Shown: positions 1-8,396, numbered from the stretch's first letter. The stretch is 64,000 nt of DNA from Cyanobium sp. (GCA_965662115.1 CBFIGH010000013.1:11914-75913); one strand, 5' to 3'. Translations and numbers: made by a program. Notes: generated by a model from the letters alone, not told the origin.

Positions 1-566
1 TAGCTGATCACCTGGGGCAGCAGCGGCGGCCCCAGGGCGGTAAGCAGGGCCGCCGGGCCGGGCGCGCCGCCACAGCGCAGGGCCTCCAGGTTGGCGGTCG
101 GCAGGGCATCGAGCAGGTCGCTCACCACCCGGGCCACCAGGGCCCCGAAGGGAATGGCGATCGCCACCACCGCCACCGCCGGCTGCAACCCGACCAGCTG
201 GAGCAGCAGCAGTCCCCAGAGCAGTTCATGGATCGAGCGTGGCAGGGCCAGCAGGCGGCGGATCCAGCCGGCTGGTGTGCCACTGCCGCTGCAGGTGCGC
301 CACACCAGCCGCGAGCTGGCCACCCCGAGCACCAGGCCGAGCACCAGGCTGGCGGCCCAGCCCAGCAGGGCGATGCCGGCCGTCACGGCCAGCCCATCGA
401 GCACCGACCGAACCACGATCGGATCGAGGGAGGGGCGCAGGGCGGCGGCGGCGAACTGGCCCACCAGCTCCCAGCCGCCGCCATGGCTGATGGCCGGCAG
501 CAGGGCCAGCACCGGCAGGAGCACCAGGGCCGGCAGCAGCACCCACAGCGGCGCTGCGGGCCTCAT
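1..566 (-). CDS. ABC transporter permease, PhnE-like (N-terminal ~188 aa; gene continues past the left edge)
   Basis: Absent from the ORF track because there is no stop in the window. My reverse-strand translation from ATG 566-564 gives MRPAAPLWVLLPALVLLPVLALLPAI...AIAIPFGALVARVVSDLLDALPTANLEALRCGGAPGPAALL. It shows several hydrophobic helices and an EAA-like loop. The start overlaps the upstream ATPase gene (ATGA). Confidence 0.6.
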   Translation of the reverse strand, partial: MRPAAPLWVLLPALVLLPVLALLPAISHGGGWELVGQFAAAALRPSLDPIVVRSVLDGLAVTAGIALLGWAASLVLGLVLGVASSRLVWRTCSGSGTPAGWIRRLLALPRSIHELLWGLLLLQLVGLQPAVAVVAIAIPFGALVARVVSDLLDALPTANLEALRCGGAPGPAALLTALGPPLLPQVIS

Positions 567-1309
567 GGCGCTTCGCAACCGGCGTAGAGCGCCTGGAGTT
601 GGCCCGGCTCCAGCGCGGTAGCGGGCCGATCGAAGACGAGCTGGCCGGCCCGCAGCCCAATCACCCGATCAAAGCCGTGCAGGAGATCGGGCCTGTGCAA
701 GCTGAGCAGCAGGGCCCGCGGCGGGCAGGCCAGCTCCAGCAGCAGGGCCAACAGATCGGCCGCCAGGCGTGGATCCAGGCTGGCCAGTGGTTCGTCGGCC
801 AACAGCAGCAGGGGCTCCTGCCGCAGCAGCCGGGCCAGGGCCACCCGTTGCCGCTGACCACCGGAGAGGGCGGAGACGGGCTGGTTGAGCAGGGCTGGAT
901 CCAGATCCAGCCGTTGCAACACCGCCGCGCAGGCGGCGGTTTCCAGGGGGTGCAGCAGGTTGAGCAGGGCCTTGGGCCAGCCCCACACCGCCAACCGGGC
1001 GGCGTTGAGGTTCTGCTGCACGGTGAGCTCCTCGATCAGGCGGAGGTCCTGCCAGAGGGTGCCGATGCGGGCCTGCTGGTGGCGGCGGGCCCGGACAGCT
1101 CGGGCCCGGGGTTCTCCCTGCCAGCGCACCTGGCCCTGATCGGGCTCCAACAGCCCATTGGCCACGGCGAGCAGGGTGCTCTTGCCGGCACCGCTGGGGC
1201 CCAGCAGGGCCACGCGCTCACCCGGCTCCAGCTGGAGCGACACCCCATCCAGGCGGGGCTGGTTGCGCCCCTGCACGGTGATGTTCTGGAGGTTCAGCAG
1301 GGGCGTCAA
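563..1309 (-). CDS. ABC transporter ATP-binding protein, PhnC-like
   Basis: Walker A GPSGAGKST, ABC signature LSGGQRQRVALAR, Walker B LLLADEP. Translationally coupled to the PhnE-like permease. A PhnD-like binding protein lies at 5296-6201. Confidence 0.85.
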   Translation of the reverse strand: MTPLLNLQNITVQGRNQPRLDGVSLQLEPGERVALLGPSGAGKSTLLAVANGLLEPDQGQVRWQGEPRARAVRARRHQQARIGTLWQDLRLIEELTVQQNLNAARLAVWGWPKALLNLLHPLETAACAAVLQRLDLDPALLNQPVSALSGGQRQRVALARLLRQEPLLLLADEPLASLDPRLAADLLALLLELACPPRALLLSLHRPDLLHGFDRVIGLRAGQLVFDRPATALEPGQLQALYAGCEAP

Positions 1310-1405
1310 CGAAGGGTCCTGGCGAGTCCCGGGCTAGACGGCAACACCCCATCCTGCCTTTGTGTCCTGCTTCGTATCAAATTCTGATGACCTGGTGCTT
1401 CTGGC

Positions 1406-1687
1406 TCAGTGCTCCTGGCTGAGCAGCGCCTCCAGCTGGCGCTGCAGGCCGTCACGCACCTCCGGATCCCCCACGAGCCGTAGCTCCCCGCCCTGGGGCC
1501 ACCAGTTGAGCTTCAGATTGCTGACCCCATCGTCAAACACCGCCAATTCAAAAGCCCCTTTGTGCAGCCACTGGCAAGGCACCCCGAGTTGGCTCACAAG
1601 GGCTTTGAGCTCCTCTAGGGATCCGTGGAACAGCATGGTTGGGCAGAAGGTCGGCTGGGTGCAATCAACCAACCTTAGGGCCCGCAA
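1406..1687 (-). CDS. hypothetical small protein (93 aa; possible internal start at MLFHGS)
   Basis: Only sizeable ORF in this gap and on the same strand as the phnC-like gene. No motif recognised. Confidence 0.4.
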   Translation of the reverse strand: MRALRLVDCTQPTFCPTMLFHGSLEELKALVSQLGVPCQWLHKGAFELAVFDDGVSNLKLNWWPQGGELRLVGDPEVRDGLQRQLEALLSQEH

Positions 1688-1764
1688 TCAGAAAACTTTG
1701 TGAGTTCCGTAGCTACAACGACATTTTAAAGGGTTCGGAATGTTGTCCCCGCTGACCGGCTGAG

Positions 1765-3288
1765 ATGATTCAGGGGCGGGTGTTTCCCGCCTCTCTCCAT
1801 GTTTTGATCTTGACGATCATGTCCCGCTGCGAAGACTTTGCAGGCCTCTTTGCCCTGTTTGATCAGGACGGTGATGGCTGGATTTCGGCGGCGGAGGTGG
1901 AGCGCGTTCTGGCCACCATGGCCGGGGTTATGGCTGCTGATGACGGCGACGCCCTGCGCGCCCTCGTGGCCTCCCAGGGGGAGGTTGCCCGCTCGGTCTT
2001 CAGCCTCTGGGCCCAGGAGCGGCCGGGTTTGGCCATCTCCTCAACCCTGCGCGACATTTTTGCCCTGGTCGACCGCGACGACAGCAGCTCCCTCAGTGCC
2101 CCTGAGCTGGAGGTGCTGCTCGCCGCCCTGGCCCCCTGTTGCCCCGAGCTCCCATCGGTGCAGGGGCTCCTGGCCGCCCTTGACCGCGATGGTGACGGCG
2201 ACCTCAGCGTGGAGGAGTTCCTGCAGCTGCTCGACGCGGATGGGGCGACCGTGCTGTCCCTGGCCGATCTCAAGCGGTTGAAAAAGACCCTGGCGCACTA
2301 CGTCGGTGCCGCCAGCCGCCCCAAGGTGGCCATGGTGGAGGTGGATTGCGACCTCGGTGCCGGCATTCCTGGCGCCGGATCGGGCATCGACCTGCTCAAG
2401 CAGGCGGCCAACCGCCAGCAGGCACTGCGCCAGATCAGCGATCGCCTGGTGGAGGAGATTCAGGGGCAGGCCCGGCTGGGCGCCAGGGCCGCGGAGCTTG
2501 GGACCGCCACCGCCACCCCCCATGCCCGTCACATCGAGACGATCGCGGCTGTGATGGCCGATGCGGCCGCCTTGGTGGCCTCCACCCTGGAGCGGGGCCT
2601 GTTTCCGATCGTGATCGCTGGGGATCACTCCACCGCCGCCTCCACCATGGCCGGCATCCGTCGGGCCCATCCCGATCGGCGCCTGGGCGTGGTGTGGATC
2701 GACGCCCATGCCGATATCCATTCCCCCTTCACGACACCGTCCGGCAACATGCACGGGATGCCCCTGGCCATCGCGGCGGCCCATGACAACTCCGGCGAGG
2801 CGATCAACCAGCCGGATGGAGTCACCCGTTTGCTCTGGAAGCAACTCCAGCAACTCAATGGCACAGGCCGGGCGTCGATCGCCCTGGAAGATCTGATCTA
2901 CGTGGCGGTGCGCGATACGGAGACCGCTGAAGACCTCACCCTCGAACGGTTCTCTATTCCGGTGGTCAGTACGGAGGACGTGCGCCGGCTTGGCCCCGAA
3001 GGAGCAGCCCAACGCTGCCTCGATCATCTGGAGGCCGTGGATTTGATTTATGTGAGTTTTGATGTGGATTCCATGGACTCCACCATCTGCAAGGGCACCG
3101 GTACTCCCGTACCCGGCGGGCTGTGGGCCGATGAAGCGCGGCAGCTCACCCGTTATCTGCTGGCCGATCCCAGGGTGTGTTGCTGGGAAATCTGTGAAAT
3201 CAATCCCCATCTCGATTCACTCAACACCCTGGCCGAGGTGTCTCTGGGGATCTATCAGCAGGTGTTAGAGGTGCTCGACGCCCGTTGA
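1765..3288 (+). CDS. EF-hand (x3) - arginase fusion protein (alternative start ATG 1819)
   Basis: N-terminal EF loops DQDGDGWISAAE, DRDDSSSLSAPE, DRDGDGDLSVEE. The C-terminal ~320 aa carry ureohydrolase motifs AGDHS, WIDAHADIHSPFTTPSGNMHGMPLA (arginase-type SGNxHGMP), SFDVDSMD and GTGTPVPGGL. Confidence 0.85.
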   Translation: MIQGRVFPASLHVLILTIMSRCEDFAGLFALFDQDGDGWISAAEVERVLATMAGVMAADDGDALRALVASQGEVARSVFSLWAQERPGLAISSTLRDIFALVDRDDSSSLSAPELEVLLAALAPCCPELPSVQGLLAALDRDGDGDLSVEEFLQLLDADGATVLSLADLKRLKKTLAHYVGAASRPKVAMVEVDCDLGAGIPGAGSGIDLLKQAANRQQALRQISDRLVEEIQGQARLGARAAELGTATATPHARHIETIAAVMADAAALVASTLERGLFPIVIAGDHSTAASTMAGIRRAHPDRRLGVVWIDAHADIHSPFTTPSGNMHGMPLAIAAAHDNSGEAINQPDGVTRLLWKQLQQLNGTGRASIALEDLIYVAVRDTETAEDLTLERFSIPVVSTEDVRRLGPEGAAQRCLDHLEAVDLIYVSFDVDSMDSTICKGTGTPVPGGLWADEARQLTRYLLADPRVCCWEICEINPHLDSLNTLAEVSLGIYQQVLEVLDAR

Positions 3289-3292
3289 TCGG

Positions 3293-4933
3293 TTGATGGC
3301 GACGCCTCCGGATTCGGCCTTCGATCTCCTCAAGGGCATGCTCCAGCCGCCGGCGTCCCTGCCGACGCGTCTGCAGCGGCTGCTGCCCACCAGTGGCACC
3401 CTGCACCAGCTGCATGCTCCGGCGGCTGCTATCCACCCGGGACTGGTGTCGGTACTGGGCGGATTGCGGGGCCTGGCCCAGGTCATCTTCATCAACAACC
3501 CGATCAGTGGCCTGGTGCTGCTGGGAGCCTTTCTGGTGCAGTCGCCATCCATGGCCCTGCTGGCGCTGCTGGGTGCCGCCGCCGCCCACGGCACGGCCAG
3601 CCAGCTCGGCTTTGAGCAGGGGCTACGTCGGGAAGGCATCTACGGCTTCAACGGGGTTTTGGTGGGTTGCGCCATCGCCCATTTCGCCCAGCTGGAGCCT
3701 CCCTGGGCTGCTCTGGTCTGGGCAGCTCTGGTGCTGGTGGGGGGCGGCCTGAGCACCCTGGTGCTGGAGGGGTTGCGCCGCGGCCTCAATCGCCGCAGTG
3801 GATTACCGCCCCTGACCCTGCCGTTCTGCCTGATCACCTGGGCCCTGTTGGCCCTGGGGAGCCAGGAGCCAGGAGCGGTGCTGCCCCTGGCTGACCCGGT
3901 GGTCCTTTCCGATGGGGAAGGGGTCTGGCAGGCACTGGCGCTGGGCTTGCCCCGATCCGCGGGCCAGGTGTTCCTCTGCTCCAGCCTCTGGAGTGGCTTG
4001 CTCGTTCTGCTGGCCACGGCCCTGGCCAGTCCCCTGGCGGCCGCCCTCGGCCTGTTGGGCGGCCTGGTGGCCATGGCGACTGCCCTGCTGGCCGGCGCCC
4101 CTCTGCCGGCCGTTGCCCAGGGGATTTGGGGGTATAACGGCGTACTGGTGGCCATCGCCCTGGGGGGGATTTTCTATGCCCCCACCCTGCGCAGCCTGGC
4201 GGTAGCCCTGGGGGCTGCGGTGCTGGCCACCCTGCTCCAGCTCGCCTGGGTCGGTGCCCCGACCCAGGGGTGGCCGCCGCTCACCCTGGCGTTCGTGCTG
4301 GCCACCTGGGCCGGGCAGCTGCTGGTGCGCCAGGCCCTGCCCGCCTTACTTCCGGTGTCGGTGCACGGGATCCTCACCCCGGAGGAACACCGGGCGCGCT
4401 TCTTGCTGGCCCAAGGTCTGCTGGTGGATTTCCGCCGCAACCTGCGCCTGGCCCCCACCGGCCAGCGTCGCGCGCTGATGGCGGGTCGTGTGCCGGTGCT
4501 GATGCGGCAGAAGATGGCCGTGTTGTTCCAGCGCCTGGATCGCGATGGCAACGGAGCCATCAGTCCGGCCGAGTTGCTCGAGGGGCTGCGTCTCGATCCC
4601 CAGAGCACGGCTGCCTCAGCTGCGCTGGCGGCCCAGCTCAGCCAGGTGCTCCAGGCGATGGACTTGGATGGCGACGGCGTGGTGGATGCCGAGGAGTTCG
4701 GTGAATTGATGCTGCGCCTGCAGCGCTTGCGCCTCGGGGAGGGGCGCCTGCTCCACTATCTGATGCCCGTTGACGCCAACGGCAATGACCGGCTGGACCC
4801 CGCCGAGCTCGGCCGTCTCCTGGCCAGCGTGGCTGAACCGCCACTCAGCGCTGAAGAGGAGACAGCTGTGTTCGGCCAGTTGGCCCAGGCCCTCAGCTGG
4901 CGGCAGTTCGTTGATCGCCTGCTGCTCACCTGA
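3293..4933 (+). CDS. UT-family urea channel with C-terminal EF-hand domain
   Basis: GLAQVIFINNPISGLVLLGAFLV, YGFNGVLVGCAIA and a second-half WGYNGVLVAIALGG are typical of urea transporter (UT) repeats. The ~170 aa tail has EF loops DRDGNGAISPAE, DLDGDGVVDAEE, DANGNDRLDPAE. The gene starts 4 nt after the arginase stop. Confidence 0.8.
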   Translation: MMATPPDSAFDLLKGMLQPPASLPTRLQRLLPTSGTLHQLHAPAAAIHPGLVSVLGGLRGLAQVIFINNPISGLVLLGAFLVQSPSMALLALLGAAAAHGTASQLGFEQGLRREGIYGFNGVLVGCAIAHFAQLEPPWAALVWAALVLVGGGLSTLVLEGLRRGLNRRSGLPPLTLPFCLITWALLALGSQEPGAVLPLADPVVLSDGEGVWQALALGLPRSAGQVFLCSSLWSGLLVLLATALASPLAAALGLLGGLVAMATALLAGAPLPAVAQGIWGYNGVLVAIALGGIFYAPTLRSLAVALGAAVLATLLQLAWVGAPTQGWPPLTLAFVLATWAGQLLVRQALPALLPVSVHGILTPEEHRARFLLAQGLLVDFRRNLRLAPTGQRRALMAGRVPVLMRQKMAVLFQRLDRDGNGAISPAELLEGLRLDPQSTAASAALAAQLSQVLQAMDLDGDGVVDAEEFGELMLRLQRLRLGEGRLLHYLMPVDANGNDRLDPAELGRLLASVAEPPLSAEEETAVFGQLAQALSWRQFVDRLLLT

Positions 4934-4941
4934 GCCGGGCC

Positions 4942-5028
4942 TCAGGCCAGGGTGAGTCGGTAGACGATCAGGGCCAGGATCAACGCCACCAGGGACATCT
5001 CAATCAGATCGGGGCCGCGGGAGTTCAT
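4942..5028 (-). CDS. possible 28-aa single-helix peptide (MNSRGPDLIEMSLVALILALIVYRLTLA)
   Basis: My own translation; too short for the ORF track. ATG lies 8 nt after the stop of the 74-aa ORF on the same strand. One hydrophobic helix. No family recognised. Confidence 0.2.
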   Translation of the reverse strand: MNSRGPDLIEMSLVALILALIVYRLTLA

Positions 5029-5035
5029 CGCCATG

Positions 5036-5260
5036 TCAGCGGCGGCGCCCCTCCAGCCTGGATGCGGATGGCAGCACCAGGGCCACGGCCAGCAGGGGGA
5101 TCTCGATCAGCAGTTGGCCATTGCCAAAAGCGATGAAGCCCAGATCCAGGAAGGCGATGCTGTGCAGAAACAGCGACCAGGCCTCATCCGTCTCGGAGCT
5201 GGCCCGATTCCAGAGGGCCAGCCCGGCTAGGACCAACACCAGATCGATTAACCAGACCAT
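5036..5260 (-). CDS. hypothetical small membrane protein (74 aa)
   Basis: Two to three hydrophobic segments (LIDLVLVLAGLAL, IAFLDLGFIAF, IPLLAVALVL). Directly downstream of the phnD-like gene on the same strand. Confidence 0.4.
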   Translation of the reverse strand: MVWLIDLVLVLAGLALWNRASSETDEAWSLFLHSIAFLDLGFIAFGNGQLLIEIPLLAVALVLPSASRLEGRRR

Positions 5261-5295
5261 GCGCCCATCCCCCTAGCAGTCGATTCTGGATCCAG

Positions 5296-6201
5296 TTAGC
5301 GAATTTTGCCGATTTGTCTGCCAACCTGCTCAATCTTCTTGTACTCCGATTGCTTGACGGTGGTGAACTGCTGGGCACCGAAGAGGTTGAGGATCTGTTT
5401 CTGCTCGGGATCACTGGTTCGCCAGCCCAGGATGGCCTGTTGCAATCTGGTGTTGAAACCCTGGCCGAAGCGTTGATTCAGGTTGGGTTGGCCCAGCCAC
5501 AGGTAGTCGGGATAGCTGGGGGTGCGCCAGATCTGCACCACCTTGGTCCGGTTGGCCTTGCCGCTGCGCAGGCTGCTTTTCCACACCTGTTCGTTGACGG
5601 CGCCGGCGTCGTAGGCACCGCTTTGAACCAGGGCGATGGTGGCGTCGTGGCTGCCACTGAAGCCCGGCGCACCGCCGGCGAAGTCAGTGAGTTTCACGCC
5701 AGCCTGGCTCAGGAAGTACTGCGGCATCAGCCGGCCGGAGGTGGAACTCTCCGAGCCGAAGGTGAAGCGCTTGTTTTTCAGCACCACCAGACCTTTCTGG
5801 TTCTGGATCGGTCGAAGACCGCTGCGGGTGTTGGCGATGAACACGCTGTAGAACTGGGCGTCGATGTCCCGTTGGGCCAACATCTGGGCGCCGGGCTTCT
5901 GCAGGCTGGCCTGCACGCCGGTCAACCCACCAAACCACACCAGGTCCAGGTTGCCGGTGCGGAAAGCGCTGACAGCGGCCGTGTAGTCGGTCACGGGTAC
6001 GTAGATCACCTTGACGCCCAGCTGCTGGCTGAGCTCGTCGGCAACCAGGCCGTAGAGGCGATTCAGTTTTTCGGGGTTCTGGTCTGGAATGGCGCCGATG
6101 CGCAGCACCGGTTTGGAGCTGGTCTGCTGGGCTTGGACAGCAGGCACCAGCGCCAGGCAGAGCCCAGCCAGTGCTGCAATCCAACGTTGTCGGATGGTCA
6201 T
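5296..6201 (-). CDS. phosphonate/phosphite ABC transporter substrate-binding protein, PhnD-like
   Basis: Signal peptide MTIRQRWIAALAGLCLALVPAVQA, then LRIGAIPDQNPEKL and NLDLVWFGGLTGVQA, typical of the PhnD family. Confidence 0.85.
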   Translation of the reverse strand: MTIRQRWIAALAGLCLALVPAVQAQQTSSKPVLRIGAIPDQNPEKLNRLYGLVADELSQQLGVKVIYVPVTDYTAAVSAFRTGNLDLVWFGGLTGVQASLQKPGAQMLAQRDIDAQFYSVFIANTRSGLRPIQNQKGLVVLKNKRFTFGSESSTSGRLMPQYFLSQAGVKLTDFAGGAPGFSGSHDATIALVQSGAYDAGAVNEQVWKSSLRSGKANRTKVVQIWRTPSYPDYLWLGQPNLNQRFGQGFNTRLQQAILGWRTSDPEQKQILNLFGAQQFTTVKQSEYKKIEQVGRQIGKIR

Positions 6202-6219
6202 CGCTCGAGTTGCTGGTGG

Positions 6220-7410
6220 TCAGAGGGCGGCCAGGAAGCGCTGCAAGCGCTCCAGGCCATCACTCAAGGTGGCAGGGCTGGCGGCGCAGGAGAGACGGAT
6301 ACAGCGGTCGTCTCCAAAGGCCACGCCGGGAACCACGGCAAGCCCCACCGTATCGAGCAGGCGGTTGCAGAGGGTCAGGGAGTCGAGCCCGTAGGCGCTG
6401 ATATCGGGAAAGGCGTAGAAGGCTCCCTGCGGTGGCTGGAGGCTCACCCCGTCGATGCGGTTCAAACCGTCTGTGAGCAGGCGGCGTCGCTCGTCAAAGT
6501 GGGCGGCCATCGCGCGGACACAGTCCCGGGGACCCTCGATCGCCGCCAGGGCGCCAAACTGGGCAAAACTGCAGACGTTGCTGGTGCTCTGGCTTTGCAG
6601 GGCACTGGCGGCGGCCACCACCGCGCGGGGGCCCGCCAGCCAGCCGACCCGCCAGCCGGTCATCGCCCAGCCCTTGGCGAAGCCGTTCACTGTGAAAATG
6701 CGATCGGCCAGGTCGGGGGCTACGGCGGCAAAGCTGTGGTGGCTTTGGCCCGGGGCCAGCAAATATTCATAAATTTCATCGCACACCACGGCCACCTGCG
6801 GGTGGCGCCGCAGCACGGTGGCGATCGCCTCGAGCTCAGCGCGCTCCAGCACCATGCCGGTGGGGTTGGCTGGGCTGTTGAGCACCAGCAGTTTGCTGGC
6901 CGGGCTGATGGCCGCCTCCAGAGCGGCTGGATCGAGGCGGAATCCCCGGGCTGGGGAGCTGGGGATCAGCGCCACGGACGCCCCAGCCAGCTGGGCCATT
7001 TCCGGGTAGCTGAGCCAGTAGGGGCAGGGCAGCAGCAGCTCGTCGCCGGGCTCGAGCAGCACCTGAAATAGGTTGTAAAGGGCCTGCTTGCCGCCGTTGG
7101 TCACCAACACCTGATCGGCGTGGGTGGGGAGCTGGTTTTCGTTGCACAGCTTGGCGGCGATGGCCTCGCGCAGGGCGGGCTCCCCGGCCGCGGGGCCGTA
7201 GCGGGTGTGGCCGGCCTCCAGGGCGTCGGCAGCCGCCTGGCGGATGAAGGCCGGGGTGTCGAAGTCGGGCTCCCCGGCGCTAAGGCTGCAGATGTCCCGG
7301 CCCGAGGCCTTGAGCGCCTTGGCCTTGGCCGAGATGGCCAGGGTGAGCGAGGGCTTGAGGGCCCTGGCCCGGGCCGAGAGAATGGAGCTGGTGGTAGGCG
7401 CGGCGATCAT
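6220..7410 (-). CDS. class I PLP-dependent aminotransferase (aspartate aminotransferase-like)
   Basis: SAGEPDFDTP, LNSPANPTG, NGFAKGWAMTGWRVGW (PLP lysine context). The start is set at MIAAPTT (7410). The ORF is open to 7470 through a 15-bp tandem repeat. Confidence 0.85.
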   Translation of the reverse strand: MIAAPTTSSILSARARALKPSLTLAISAKAKALKASGRDICSLSAGEPDFDTPAFIRQAAADALEAGHTRYGPAAGEPALREAIAAKLCNENQLPTHADQVLVTNGGKQALYNLFQVLLEPGDELLLPCPYWLSYPEMAQLAGASVALIPSSPARGFRLDPAALEAAISPASKLLVLNSPANPTGMVLERAELEAIATVLRRHPQVAVVCDEIYEYLLAPGQSHHSFAAVAPDLADRIFTVNGFAKGWAMTGWRVGWLAGPRAVVAAASALQSQSTSNVCSFAQFGALAAIEGPRDCVRAMAAHFDERRRLLTDGLNRIDGVSLQPPQGAFYAFPDISAYGLDSLTLCNRLLDTVGLAVVPGVAFGDDRCIRLSCAASPATLSDGLERLQRFLAAL

Positions 7411-7420
7411 CCCTGTGTCC

Positions 7421-7456
7421 GGCATCGGGACGCGCGGCATCGGGACGCGCGGCATC
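7421..7456. repeat. 15-bp perfect tandem duplication (ggcatcgggacgcgc x2 plus a 6-nt partial third copy)
   Basis: Read directly. On the minus strand it encodes MPRVP-MPRVP-MP, in frame with and just upstream of the aminotransferase start. Confidence 0.9.
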
Positions 7457-7493
7457 AGATGAGGCGCCATCCTGCCTCACCGAATTACCACCT

Positions 7494-8141
7494 ATGGTTG
7501 AAGCTGGCAGGAATCGGTTCAGCCGAACCAGTCCGATGCAACCACCCTCGGCCCCGGCTACCGCCCTGGAGCATCTGGCCGCAGCCTGCGCCAGCTGCCG
7601 CCGTTGCGGCCTGGCCGAGGCTCGCCAGCAGGTGGTGATGGGACGCGGCAACCCCGCCGCCCGGCTGATGCTGATTGGCGAGGCTCCCGGTGCCCAGGAG
7701 GACAGCGCCGGCCTGCCGTTTGTGGGCCGCTCCGGCCAGTTGCTGGACCAGTTGCTGGAAAACGTGGGAATCGACTCCAACCGCGATGCCTTCGTCTGCA
7801 ACGTGATCAAGTGCCGCCCCCCTGACAACCGCAGACCCAGGCCGGAGGAGAAGGCTGCCTGCCGTCCCTGGCTGGATCAGCAGATTGGCCTGGTGAATCC
7901 GGCGGTGATCCTGCTTGCCGGTGCTACCGCCATGGAAGCTGTGCTGGGGGTGAAGGGGGGCCTCTCAGGCCGGCGCGGCCGGTGGAGCATGGGGAGCGAC
8001 AGCGGGCTGGAGGGTCGCTGGCTGATGCCGATCTTCCATCCCTCCTATTTGTTGAGAAACCCATCCCAGCAACAGGGCAGCCCGAAGTGGCACACCTGGC
8101 AGGACCTCCAGGAGGTGCGGCGTCGGCTGGATGGACTTTGA
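7494..8141 (+). CDS. uracil-DNA glycosylase, family 4
   Basis: CRRCGL, LMLIGEAPGAQEDSAGLPFVGRSGQLLD, VIKCRPPDNR, HPSYLLR. Confidence 0.85.
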   Translation: MVEAGRNRFSRTSPMQPPSAPATALEHLAAACASCRRCGLAEARQQVVMGRGNPAARLMLIGEAPGAQEDSAGLPFVGRSGQLLDQLLENVGIDSNRDAFVCNVIKCRPPDNRRPRPEEKAACRPWLDQQIGLVNPAVILLAGATAMEAVLGVKGGLSGRRGRWSMGSDSGLEGRWLMPIFHPSYLLRNPSQQQGSPKWHTWQDLQEVRRRLDGL

Positions 8142-8345
8142 ACCGTGAAGGGGTGACAGGTGCACGGTCGGTGTCAATCAACAGCCGCCGCAGCCCTTGC
8201 AGTGCAACGACTACGAAGCTTCAGCTCCTGGGCTGATGGCTTGCACGCCTGCTGGCGCAATGAAGCAACCCAGTGGCGGAACTCATGCCAGGGCCGCCAG
8301 GCATCTGCCTCAGGGCCGGATTCAGCTATTTCCGACCAGAACGAT

Positions 8346-8372
8346 GCCCCGCCGCTGTGTCAGCAACGGGGC
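8346..8372 (-). terminator. candidate stem-loop about 25 nt downstream of the P-domain gene
   Basis: GCCCCG-cc-GCTG-tgt-CAGC-aa-CGGGGC nested hairpin read on the plus strand. U-tract is weak on either strand. Confidence 0.3.
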
Positions 8373-8396
8373 AAAAGGAAAGTTAGGTCAACAACT

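Noticed and set aside
1709-1722. NtcA-like site GTA-N8-GAC upstream of the EF-arginase gene
   Set aside because: The second half-site deviates from TAC. I could not find a TAN3T -10 box at the expected ~22 nt spacing. This is too weak to call without a matrix scan.
5314-7071. 585-aa plus-strand ORF
   Set aside because: It is antisense to the well-supported phnD-like and aminotransferase genes. Its composition is low-complexity and Gly/Ala/Gln-rich, typical of stop-free frames in high-GC DNA.
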